A stretch of DNA of 64,000 nt. Origin: Oopsacas minuta (Eukaryota > Animalia > Porifera). Location: contig JAKMXF010000306.1 of NCBI GenBank assembly GCA_024704765.1, positions 402,395-466,394 on the forward strand. The letters run 5' to 3'. Within the stretch, counting starts at the first letter, position 1; every line of letters starts with the position of its first letter. A program made the position numbers and the translations under genes. The notes under the pieces are model-generated. The model did no database searches. It had not been told where the DNA came from and saw only the letters and a program-made list of their open reading frames with translations. Below are positions 1 through 12,900 of this stretch, in pieces.

Positions 1-633
1 ATATATGCAAGGGCCAATTTTTGTCAGGATTTCGACAAGCCAGTAGATCTTTGATATCTGCCCACAATCAGAGAACTTCAGGGACCGAATGTTGATGCCT
101 GCTCTGATCCATGGACGTTCTCTCTCATGGCATGTCGAGCTAAAGAGGTCACATCAATACCTGTAAAGCAAAAACATTGGTTTTGTTTAATGTGGATTGC
201 AACTAATGATTCAAAATCTTCATTAGAGATATTCACTTGGGGAGGGATCAGTAACTTGTTTATACAAACCCATCCTGCAATGGAGTACAGGTATTGTTAG
301 TGATTTCACTGGAATGGTAATATTCAGACGAGGGGGAATTCATTATCTTTGAAATGCTTAATCTTTTTGACCAGTTTGAAGTGTTCCATTGCTAGTGTAC
401 ACATTCTAGGTCCTTCTTTAGAGGAAATGCTATATCTAGACAGACCATCAATAATCTTTCAAGTCATCGTACACCAAGGGTATGCATTCTGCAAATTATT
501 CTTGGCACCAGCCAAGAATAAGTTGGATACACTATATATCTCCACTAAAAATAATTTCTTGATACTCAAAAATATCATGCAGATTAGATAACATAAAGTG
601 AGCTTACAGACACCTTAGCTGAGATTATTGCTG

Positions 634-3600
634 CATAATAAGGGGGGGGGGGCAAGGGCACCATGGCCCTCCCAGAATTATTAATTGGATGAGCATTCAA
701 AATCATCTTAACGAACTTTATGCCTCTTTATCATGGAAATAAAATTACTAGAAAACAATTCAATCTTTCGATTACTTTTCGACATTTCATTAATGATTTT
801 TTCTGGTTCTTGTTGGATCTCACGTCCATGGACAGAAATTAAAGCAAGGCGTGTAAACCTTTCTTCTTCCATCGAGTTCGTAAGATATGTTTTTATGAGC
901 TTCAGGGTCGAAAAAGCTTCTTTCACTGGTTGCGGAAAATAGCTGGTATTAAGTCTTGATTGTAGTGTACTAATGACAATGAGTCAACAGTGTTTTCAGG
1001 AATTGGTTCGCCCTTTCTTTTCTTCACGATCCAAATTTGTTCCCATATTATCATCTGTGGCTCGATTTCAGAATAACTAAATGGCATTAATGAGTGCATA
1101 GGCTTTATTACTTTTGCAATTCATCCAAAGGCATTTCCTTCCTTGACTTGTAAGAAGTTTCTGAAGTGTAAAAACCTTTTGCTTGTGATTCAAAGAACCT
1201 CAAATTCATCTGTTAATCAGCCACTAGTAATATTGAATACAAACACATTTTCAATAAAATAACTCCTCTTTTCCAATGAACTCGGGGTTATTGCTTGCAT
1301 TAGCTCTTGGCAGAGTCACTGACGAGCAAAAAGTTTCAGAGTTTATTTAGCTTTAGTGTAAACTCTAGTAATCGCACTATCTTGATACATTTCCTTTTCT
1401 AAAAGGAAACACATTTTTAATATGTGAACAAATATCAGCCTCCATTGTTAGTGATTGTAATTGTCTCGAAACCGTGAGAAAAAGAGAATGCATGCCTATA
1501 CTCCTTCATATTTTCCAGACATAGCAGTACACCATCCAAATCTGGTCCATAGCATTCTATATACTAAGGTAATGGCACTCTATTGAAACTATGGACCATG
1601 GATTGTCATTATCATCGACTTTCAAAGTATAATGTATTATCCATAGGATGATTCTACTGCGCTCCTTGTTAATTATTAATCATCAGATTAAAAAATTTAC
1701 CACATCCGGCCTGATTTATTTAATATTAGAATATTAGAATATTAGAATATTAAAAGTCAACATAATAGATTTTAATAAGTCAAACCATATATTTAACAGT
1801 ACAATACGTACATGTAGTATACAATAAATAACATAATACATTCTCTTAGTAGTAGTAACAGTAATATATTATACTATCATAAACGTCCAGCTGAACATAG
1901 CAAATCGAATAACAATACAATAGCTTCAGTCTTCGACACAAACTTCTAACAGTAAAATGATCTAAAAAGAACATAGAAAAATTATTTGTATTTTTTAAGC
2001 TTACTTAGTATTATCCCTATTTAAAACCATAAAATTGTAATTGAGGACTCTCTTCGAGAAAATTATATTTGACCATGTAACACATAATTTCTTCAATATG
2101 TCCCGATTCCAAACGCCACAGGAGCAACAATCATTCCAAACATCAGTATATTTCTCTGAAATGATTGTTATAGAAATGAGTACCAACAAACTATGGGACT
2201 ATGCAGAATAGAATTTCTTGCTGAGGGAATCATAGTTATCTATCATCAGAAAGGCTTTATACAAGATAGTAACAGACTTTACTACACAAGAAAAAGGATA
2301 TTTAAGAGAACCTCGATCTACTAAATTAATAAAAGTATATTGAGAACCAACGTCATTGTTAACTTCTAGGAGTCTATCTGTTGTTAAAAGATAGTAACAA
2401 GATTGACAAGTACTTGACTTTCTTATGTAAGAGAAGACTGCATATCCTGTTATATAGATGAGGCATTCAATCTGAGAAACTTCTAATTCAATGAGCGACG
2501 TATCATTCAATATAGTCATATAAGGTTCTATGTTTTAAACAAAAGACCAGGGTTATGATGTTATAACGTCGAGCATGTTTATCAATGTTTAGATATTTCA
2601 ACTGATCGAGCAAGATAGTAAGACAAATTCGTAAAGGAGCCTCAGCGATTTCGAAATATAATTCGGAATCAGTGTGCTCTAATGTATCAAAAGCTTGACC
2701 AAGACTATGAATAGAGTTCTCCACATGTTGTATCAGAGATGTTGCAGAGGTATTTGTATTAGTACTTGGAGATATTTGAAATAAATCAACTTCCTGTATA
2801 ATGTTTTCTAATAATCCAATATCATTTATTTAGGAAGACGAGAGTTGAATTTTGTTCTTTTCTTTATAAAAAGACTTACAAAATAAACTTTCATCAACAA
2901 TTATATATCGTTCGATAGTGGAAACCTCGTCACAAAAATGAATATTAAGAAATAGCATGTTAGAAGAATCAGGGCGATGGAAAAGCCAACCGTTTGGAGT
3001 TCGATCATGTGCAACTTAGATATAATACAACTAAGACTCAAATCATGAACTTAGCTTCGGTCTGTTGAAATTCTGCTCAACTTTTCTTTTATACATCCTG
3101 CATCCTCTTCTCCTCCTTATCGTCTAGAGATATCTGTGAAATAAGTTGGACAATTTGGAAAGATGCTAGGAACTGCAAATTTCTTAAGAACAACTTTTTC
3201 CTGGGCATCTTGCTCATCTCAACTCCGTTATCATATTCAATATTCCTCTCGATATCTTCTTCACAGAAATTTATGTATATAGACCTATAAAGATAGAAAT
3301 AATTATACTATATCACAGACAAATTTCTAATAACAACTTACCAAAAATCGTTTATTCTCCTCATAGTCTCCTTTCGGTCGATTAATCGCTCGAAACCACT
3401 TTTTCACCAGTTTCAACATCAGTAGGAAAGGAAAAGGTAGGCACATATGAATCACCTTGACTGTGATAATTCGACTTCCAACTAGATACTAGGCATGTCA
3501 TATTGAATATGCGATGATGCGGTACAAATATTGCAGTAATTGGAAGAAACGAAAATATTTACAATAATTATTATGCATTATCAACATTGAATACAAAATT

Positions 3601-4512
3601 TATGGGTGGGTAAAATATTTTTCATATTAAGACGTTTAAGACACAAAATTTCAAAAGTAATCGCAAATATTGATGCTAATACATAGTTTGTATGCTGTTA
3701 CATAGGATTTCTATCCTCATAATGAATTATAGAAATTCTTACAGCACTAAAGGCGATTAATTCGCGAGAAGAATACGACTGAATTGGATACTCAAACATG
3801 AGCAAAACTGAAGTTTCATAAATCAGGCAAAATTACACCAAAATATGTTCTAAGGAGTAAGCAGTTGTTGGATTCACATAAATGTTGAAATCAGTTTGAT
3901 ATATTAAGAAATACAAAAGTTATGATGTAAAGTAGTCCGATGATAATGACAATCCATGGTCCAAAATTTCGATTGAGTGCCATTGCCTTAGTATATAGAA
4001 TGCTATGCCTGGTCCTCAAAATTATTCAAATCTAATCCAGTAGAAGTACAGAATAAAATGATTGAATTTGCTATTCCTTCTCCTGTGAGATCTGTTACAG
4101 TAATAAAGCCAAGAAACACTTCCTTTAAAAACACTGAACGATCATTCGAAAAACATACCAAACTGAAATTGAGAGCTGGAACAACATCAGATTCATCCGC
4201 TAAAAAAGAGAGAATGGTACACTTTTCTGGACTTTTGAAACGATTCTTTGGACATATCAATGTTCTACAAATATTGATGATCTCGTTCTGGACCATTGGA
4301 CTCAATATTTAGAATTTGATCCACTCGAGTCGCGGTGGTGTTTCAATACAATGTCTCCTGCTCTTAGGTGTAATCTTAGTGCAGCACGAAAGTTTCCATC
4401 GTTTTCTTTCTGCTCTTCGATATCTAGTAGCCTAGATTCACCCCTATATCTGCTAAAGGATTACTCCTGTCTACCCATAAAGAGGACAATCGAAGATCAA
4501 AATAATCCGCAT
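634..4512 (-). mobile_element. Decayed ZMYM1-like hAT transposon, split by a P-element insertion
   Basis: Minus-strand pieces in hAT order: LFMGRQ..ENDGNFRAALR..GDIVLKHH (4500-4320), SPMVQNEII..FLADESD..EVFLGF..TGEGIA..GLDLNN (ORF 4003-4305), DG.TAMSGKYEGV (~1540-1500), and the dimerisation-type tail AFSTLKLIKTYLTNSMEEERFTRLALISVH (708-926). G-run GGCAAGGGCACCATGGCCCTCCC near 640-673 resembles a hAT subterminal end. Boundaries approximate. Confidence 0.8.
1548..4007 (-). mobile_element. Internally deleted P-superfamily (THAP) element, TIR family CATAGCATTCTATATA
   Basis: ~70-bp imperfect TIRs (CATAGCATTCTATATACTAAGG(T/C)AATGGCACTC...GGACCATGGATTGTCATTATCATCG) at 1548 and 4007. 7-bp flanks TCTGGTC/CCTGGTC. 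THAP remnant (PTFSFPTD..KKWFRAINR) at ~3350-3500 and P-type C-terminus (YITGY..CQSC..RGSLKYP, ORF 2199-2519). Confidence 0.85.
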
Positions 4513-6988
4513 CGTGACCTACGTAATAATAATGCCTGTTCACTGGAGTAAAAATTTGGACTATGGATGCCGGTTAAGGCCATTAATTGGTATTACAAAT
4601 ATAGATGTATTAGAAGGTATTCATCCAATTCGTGAATTTAGAAATTGTTCCTGTACGATTTTAAGGACCATGGATTTCGATGAAGGCTTATAAAACACAA
4701 TTTCTTAGTAACCCATAGTTTGTATACTCTTTTGTGAATCAATCTTTTGCTACATTCGATTTATTTAAAGAATACATTTACGTACTCACAATCCGTTACC
4801 CCTTGCCCTCTTGTAGTTATATCTGAGTAATGCGTTTCTCCATCGCGTTTTATCATGTTTATCGTACATATATACATTTCTTTAATATACATCTCGACCT
4901 TTCCTTGTAATATATATATTAATCTATTATACTTTCGATTAGCTTGTCATGCCTAATAAGTGTTCAATCCCCGAACTGTGGGATCAGATATCAAAGAAAA
5001 ACAAAATTCAGCAGAAAGCTATGACGTCAGAATATGATATATAGAAACCTTATAGAAATTTGAATGCACCAAATGATTCCTAGCATATGATGACCTTTAT
5101 GCTGATAATACATTATATATGTCTATTTCAAATGAAAGTACCCATTCTTTACTAACTCCCATTTTAAGCCATTGTGTGTAAATCATCTTTTACATTTAAG
5201 GACGGAGATAATAGGATCTTATCTAGAACCTACTGATCCTGGTAAAACTGTTTTCGCATTCATTGTATACAGTTTGTCGAAAAATAGTCAACTATTGTTC
5301 GTTTACTTCATTGTGCTAATGCATCTGCTGTTGAACTATTCCCTATAAACAAAACAGTTAATCAAGATATAGAATCGAAGCCTATAGTCTCTTTGTTCAA
5401 GTTTTTTGTACAGCTAATTATCCTATTAATGTAAATATCTTGAAGTTATTTTCTCCAAACCGAATCTTAAAACATACATTCCTCACCCTATTGACATAAA
5501 TTGATCATTGTTTTGCTCTTTGACTTTGTACACATACTAAAGTCTATCCGTAAGAACTGGCTAAAACAAAAAGATTACGATAAGACTTCTACTTATCCCA
5601 ATTTTGATCAGATCCACGTTGAAGACACTGCAGTTTCTGAAGAGAAACGACAAGTGTACATAAGTGATCAACACGCAGTTGCTAAGTTAGCTTCAAGGTT
5701 AACTTCTAAAGTTTGTTGGCCTTCTACATTTGAAAGACAGAAGGTTAATTTAGCATTAAGGATATTTAATGGATCAATAGCCGCTGCATTGAATGTTAAC
5801 AACCAATTGCGATTGCATCTGTGCATGGTTTGGAATATCTTCAATATCGATATTGTTGATAAGGGTATTCTTGTAAAAGATGAAATTTACATTCCACCAA
5901 CCAACAACGATTCTAGATTTAGTTTTCCCCAACGTGTAGTTAATTGGGCAGATTGTTGGCGGGCAATCCTTAACAAAAATGGTAAAGTAAGTCCAAACAT
6001 TTATAAGTTTTCGTCACTCTTGCCGTACACTTCGTCTATTTTTAACAATCTCACTGAAAATTGTGGATATTCGTATGTACTGTCTTCATTTCTGCAAAAT
6101 GATCCCGTTAAGCATCACTTTGGCTTATACTGAATGATGTCAGGAATACAATACAACATTAGCCCCTGCCAGATACTTGAAACAGAACGAAGGTTGAAAT
6201 TGTCCAGAATACTTGAATTAATTTCAGAAAAACCTGCAGAAGAAATAATTCACTAAAGGACATCTTACAATCATGCTCATCAACTTGTAACCAAGACCCT
6301 CCTGTTTCTTTCAACTCTGAAATTTTCACCCCGATACTAAATGGCCAAGTAGTTCTGTGACCAACGCAATTATTACATTATGGAAATAGTTCTCTGGTAT
6401 TGAGAATCAAAGAGGCCAATAAGTAGTTTTGTTACCGATCCATCCAGAAAATTCTCATCCACTAACCAATTACAGTTTTAGAGAATTAACGAGCTGATAT
6501 ATGGAGAGATATGTCCAACAGTTGTGGTAAACAACCAAATTATTAACCTCTATCTCATCAAATTAAAATATGAATGCTTTGCTACCCTTGAAGTCTGATG
6601 TGGAAAACACTCAAAATTGAAGAAATTGAAAGCCAAATAGTTCCTATGTATTTTGCCTCCAAACCCAACTCATATTTCTCTAATGTATGACATATTTTAT
6701 GGTATTCTTGTATTAAAGCAGTGTACATTTTCTCGTGTATTGGTTTAATACAAGAATACAATCGACTGTTAAAATTCAGCAATCTTTTATCTAGGTATAA
6801 CATGTATTATTATATAATCAATGGACTTCCAACAGCATTCATGGTCCTTAAAATCGTACAAGAACAATTTCTAAGGTCATGATTTGGATGAATATAATTT
6901 AATATACATCATTATTTCTAATAAAAATTAATGGTCACGGTCCAAATTATCACTCCAGTAAACAGGCCTTGATATAACTTAGGTCACG
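4513..6988 (+). mobile_element. Decayed, internally deleted P element, sister of 15073-18699
   Basis: TIRs start CGTGACCTA at both ends; flanks TCCGCAT/TCAGCAT. ATG context GCTTGTCATGCC at 4949 is the same as in the intact copy. ORF 5501-6133 has FDFVHILKSIRKNW and FLQNDPVKHHFG and aligns with the 754-aa ORF. Confidence 0.9.
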
Positions 6989-7989
6989 TCAGCATATATT
7001 ATCAGATAATATTCAAAAGGCCGGAATATCGAGTGAAAATGTGCTATAAATTAACAGTAAATAGCAACCTATATGGTACCCGAAACAGTACCATTTCAGA
7101 ATTAGCCCTGCTGAATGCCTACAAAATCACTCATCAAGTAGGAAATCTCATTTCATAAGCGTGAAATAAGCGAATTTCAATCCCAGTATTAAGATTTTGA
7201 AGGGTCTGGATGGACTCAATTCTCAAACTGAGGATTTAGTGAATTTAAATATTCTGGAACAAAAACATGAATATTATTCTGAGGCTCTTAATATTGACGA
7301 AATTTCTCTAAAAGTGAGATATTGAAATACTAAGTTCTATTGATGTTGATTCAGAATTGAAAACCTCTGAATTTAATCCTAATGTCATAAAATTGATAAA
7401 TTTTAAAATCATTGCCGGTGTCTACAATATCTGTACCAAATGATGTAATTTATTAACAATCCGTAATATTTATAAATCAAAGTAGGAAAATGTATAAGAG
7501 TGAACGAAATTGATTATCAATACTGAAAACAGCTTACTCTGTAAACAAGGCAAATAGATTGGCCGAAAACATTTGTATGCAGTACTAGAAATAGTTCGAG
7601 AATATTCGATGAATTGGTCATAAATAGATTGTATACTTATCAAGGTTACATTAATACAATATTAATAATAAGCTACCTCACAAGAATTAAGGCGATTTTT
7701 ACAAATAAACGGGGCACCGCATATAATTTGTAGAATTTTCTGCAACTACTGTAATTATGAAATATAAAAAAACAAACTGATCTGGCAAGTAGAAATATAT
7801 TTTTCATAGGCCAGCTAATGTGTACAATATTGGTGGAAGCAAATCTCTAGGGCAATTTGGAAATATTGAACAAATATCTGATTATAAAGGAAAAGATGAT
7901 ACAAGACTCGCTAGGGAAGTTGTGCTACTCTGAAATAAACATTTTTAAAATATATTGAAATCGTTTAGAAAAATGTAAGGAAAAATTCG

Positions 7990-8470
7990 TTCAAAGAACC
8001 ACCATTGTGGGAAATACGTCTATGATTCCGTTCAAGCCACTTTTCTAAGCAAGTGGTCCAATTTCTAAGTTTTGCCCCTCTAAGCAGCATATATATATGC
8101 ATTGACAACATCCGCTGGACTGTAGAAGGTAACTCTGCATATCACATTTTCATCCTCGGGAATAGGTAGAGGTCACACAGTGCATGATCTGGTGAATAAA
8201 GTGGGTGTGTAATGAGCTGAATGTCATTCTCTGCAAAGGTGTCTAATCTTCTTGCAGCTGCAGCTGTGTGCGTGCTTGCATTATCAGGATGTCTAGAGTT
8301 GGTCTTCTAACTCGTTTTCGTAGGATTGTCTCCCACAGGAAATCTCCAGACAGATTACTGTTTTTACTCTCAGGTTCATATTGGTATATTCAAGTTTCAT
8401 CAGCCGAAACGTTAACCAATAATTTAGACTTCCATTATCAAATCTTATGATCATGAACATACCCCATGAA
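7990..8470 (-). pseudogene. Mariner transposase relic
   Basis: Frameshifted minus-strand motifs DET.IYQYEPESK, HPDNASTHTA, HPLYSPDHALCDLYLFPRMK, matching the mariner DETW / HDNA / PYSPDLAPxD pattern. TIRs not found. Confidence 0.75.
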
Positions 8471-9925
8471 CATGACTTTTCAACTCCTCAGTACGAAATA
8501 CTGGAAATAGGGCGAATATTTGATTATGCATAAGATAATATCCCTCAAAGAACTAATTGGCTGGGGTAACATTTTCCTTGGCTAAAACGCTGAAAAGTTT
8601 TGAATCACATATTTTCTAGCTTGACCACAGTCATTAGATAGTTATGAGCTAGAAATATATTCTACTAATAATTGTACTGAATTAACATGAGTTGGAGCAA
8701 TTCTAATTCCATATTCGAATTCTATACCGTAGGTGAATATTTCACAGAACTATTTATTTGAACATCTTGTTGGCTTATTAGAATCCTCATATTTGTGGCA
8801 GAAGTGGCACATTGTAAATAAATATGTTTCCAAAATCGACTTATTCCAAACTATACAGATATTTTCAAATTTGTTTAGAGAATCTCAAATGATTTTCTTA
8901 CTGTATTCCATTCTTATTCCAATATTTTAGTAGTGTACCACTTCTGCCACTTGTGGCACAAATAAGAAACGCCAATAAGTCAACAATGCTTACTCTAATC
9001 AGTTCGAAAAATTGATACTGGGGTAATACACACCCGTAGATTGCGAATATGCTAACAGAATTGCGCCATCTCATGTGGATTGTGGACAATTGGGAATAGA
9101 GTATATTCCTAACTCATTTTCCAAATAATGAGAAAAGTGAGGTGAGAGATCATGTAATTCGAAAAATATTCTTCGATAAACTGAGTACATTGTCAACTAA
9201 CATAGTAAATAGTTCTTTCAATCGAATTATCATATGCATATTAAAATATCAGCCGTATTTCACGATATACTATCGTATATTTTATTGTGTGCAAGTCCTC
9301 CTGTTCTCTTAGTGTATATTTAACTATAGTAGTAGTGAATCTATAAATTAGATAATTCTAGCACATTTCTACTAGACAAAGGGCAAATCAATTAGTAATA
9401 TAGAAACGGGAATATGGTCAGACGTAAATTATGGTTCTCAAAACTTTCTTAGCGAAAACTTTCAAATATCATGGGCACATCTAGAGGACACTACGAGCAC
9501 AAATGGTAAATTTGGAATCTGAGAAAACATGAAGTTATCAAAGCTGGATTATCATTTTCAGGGATTGCTTCGACAATTACGAATGAACGAAATGAAGGTA
9601 TCAATTTCCCGAAATTATATCATTACATATACATCATATTTGTTAATGAACAATGCATATAAGGTTCTGAAAATTTAGCAAAAATATTTTCGTACAAAGC
9701 CTACTATACATAAAGCCTATTCACTCCAATAAACCAGGGATAACTGGGAGTCGAGTTGTATAAATTTTAAATTTCAAAATTCACTGATTAATAATAGTTA
9801 TTATCTCCACAGACAGATTAGATACTAAGTACATGTAACAAAAAATCTAAATATATAAGAATACTACTTAAAGATGTGATTACTTTGAACTAAACCTCAA
9901 TATTTTCCTTTCAGAATGGATATTG

Positions 9926-12900
9926 CGTGACCCACGTAATATAACGCCTGATAGTTTATTTTGGACCATGGATTACTTAAAGTGCATACGTTGAATATGA
10001 TATGTTGAGATTAATACTATTGCATTTGACAATATTCGTACCAAATGGTAGATAGAAGGTAATCACATTTTACGCTACAACAAAAATTGTATAAATACGA
10101 AATGCTAGGGCAACAAACAGATACCGACAGCAAAATTATAATTATTTGATTTGAATTTGGTGTATTTACAAGCGTTATGCGAGCTTTCAGTTAATGTCCT
10201 TTTCAACGAATTCATGTTCTTCACTTTGTTAGCTAGGATACAGTTGGTTGCTGAAAAATAATCTTCTTCAAGATACTCCATCCTATTGTGTCACAAGTAG
10301 GACATTTGTTTCTCCAAAACTTAGTTTGATTACTCTCGATTACTGCAATGTGAAGGAATCTAAAATCTTCCGAGATGGACTTGTTAAGAGAGATTGAAGA
10401 GCTGAAATCCATTTCGATCTTGGAGTAGACCTTCCACAAAATTACAACCGCTTCAAGTACTGGAGCTGAAGGCCACTCAAGGCCTCCTCAGTCAATCAAA
10501 CATATAAATCCATAGACATGATCAGTTAGATCTAATTTGAAAGTATCTTCCTCAACAAGACCTAACAAACACTGAGAGCAAATACTGCTCACTTCTTCCG
10601 TATCTCTTACGCCAGAAGAGTGAGTAATACCTCGCTTAGAATGAAAGCATTTTTGAAGATCGAATGAATACAATAACCGGCAATAAAGGCCAAAGATTGA
10701 ATGAGAGAAGTATCGAGTACGATTGGTGTCTCCTCTTCATTGAACACTCTGCTATAGGGGTCCAAATCGACTATATTGTCATCGCTAGATTCTTTGGAGT
10801 TTGAAAATGACTTTAAAATTCTTTTAATGAGAATGAGTTCTCACCCGGAGTACTAGAGGAGAAGAACTTCAGAATTGCAGAAATCTTAATTAGTCTCTCA
10901 ATTTGCAAAACCTGGCAAAATATAACATCGTACGACACTGTTCATCATTCGGGAAATCCCAAAGTGATGTTCGATTGGGTCGTTTTGAAGGAAAGAACTA
11001 AGAACATAGGCAAAACCACAGCTTTTGGTAAGATGGTTGACAATTCCTTCAAGGACAATACACAAATGGCGAAAACTGGTAAAAGTTTGTACAGAGAGTT
11101 TTTCCGTGCTTTGGGGTAAAGTTCTCTATTCATCCACCCATTTCACAACATCTGAATGAAATACAAAGCGAATGTCGTTACTCTATAGTGGCATAGAAAG
11201 TTCCTCATCTAGAAGGATGTCTTTATTAGGTCTATTAATGTTGGAGATCTTCCAAATAAGGCTAATGAACTGAGCTGTTCTTGAAACTTGACCATATTTA
11301 GAGGCATGCACTGTTAAAGCTACAGCAGTTGAGTCGTCAAATATGCGAAGTGCTAAATTGACATTCTCTCTCTCAAGGCTAGATTGCTAGCAAGATTTGG
11401 CTGTTAATCAGTGGGCTGTTTTAGCAACAGAATTTTGCTCAAGTTTAAAGAGATTCAGAAGGCCTTAAAATGGTACCTTTAAAGTATATTCGCAATATAC
11501 GTATGAAGGATAGCTAAATGTGTGATTAGAATCGATTGAATTTGTCCAATTATCTCTTACAGCACACTCCTGCTTACCGGGATACCGTCGTACCGGAACA
11601 CCTTTTTACCGGGACATCTTCCCGAAAATTTGGTTGCATCCCACAAAATGCCTCCCTCGTACCAGGACGAATCTCGCTTACCGGGACACCAATTTCTCCT
11701 AATTTTTGGTATGTACTGATCTTTGTTTTAGTGTTTCTCTTTCATGGCCCATAAGTCGCAACCTAAGTACGCTCTGCTGACGTGTGAGCAGCACAAGGCA
11801 GTTCTAGACAAACTGGAGCAGCCTGGCAGTAGTCTTCGCAAGGTGGCCGAGCACTTCGGAGTGGGTAAGAGCTCTATTGAGAGGATAAAAAAGAACAAGA
11901 ATGAAGTGTGGCAGGCTGCAGTAAAGCTTGGCTCCAAACGCAAGCGTATGAAGGTGGAAGCTAAGTACAAAGAAATCGAGGAGGTGGTGTTGGAATTTCT
12001 AAGACTGGCGCGTGAACAAGGTGAGGCGGTCACCGGTCCTATGCTAGACCAATTGGTTGAGGAGGAGGCTCGCGAGCTCGGACTGGAGGATTTCAAAGCC
12101 TCTGAAGGATGGCTATCTCGCCTGAAAGACAGGCACGGGATCTCGGCTAAGGCTGTTTCTGGAGAAGCCAAGGGTGTCAATCTTCTCACTGTGGAGAACT
12201 GGAAGGAGGAGCTTAGGGGGATCATCAAGGGCTACAAGAAAGAGGATATTATAACACTGATGAGACTGGGCTATTTTTCAAGACGTGCTCAAAGAAATCT
12301 CTGATATTTCAGGGTGACACTGCCCATGGCTCAAAGAAGTCAAAGACAGAGTTACCCTCCTCCTCACCTGCTCATGTTCTGGCGAAAAGATGAAACCTAC
12401 CCTGATAGGCAAGAGCGAGAAGCCGAGGGCTCTGAAGGATGCGGATATGAAGAGGATTCCGGTCCACTATCGAGCACCGAAATCTTCATGGATGACTAGC
12501 CAACTATTCACTGACTTACTGCAGTGGTTTGACACAGAAGTTGGGAAGAAGGAGCAAAATAGGAAAGTTCTGCTGTTTATGGATAATGCCAGTGTGCATA
12601 ATTCTGCTGCCGATAACGTCCTGTTGAAGCACACCAAGGTTGTGTTCTTCCCCAAAAGCACAACGAGCTATACTCAACCGCTCGATGCTGGGGTAATTCA
12701 GACTTTCAAGCTGTTGTACAAAAAGGCCTCCACAATCACGTGCTTATAAACTCAAGCAGAAGTCCCAGAATGAGAACTCTGAAGATCCCTACAAGACCAT
12801 CAGTATTGTACTCGTGATATGCTGGGCCGTGTGAGCTTGGAACAAGTACAGTCAAGGACTATTTCTAGGTGCTTCTCTAAATGTGGGTTCATGCGGAACG

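Noticed and set aside
1-600. Protein-like minus-strand fragments (e.g. CFCFTGIDVTSLARHAMRE)
   Set aside because: Broken by stops with no recognisable motif; cannot be assigned.
7130-7330. FEGSGW motif suggesting a Polinton-like polymerase
   Set aside because: The expected downstream motifs are absent and the frame is closed by stops.
8733-9089. Hydrophobic ORFs suggesting a GPCR remnant
   Set aside because: Only a weak VSIVDLL resemblance; AT-rich DNA yields hydrophobic ORFs by chance.
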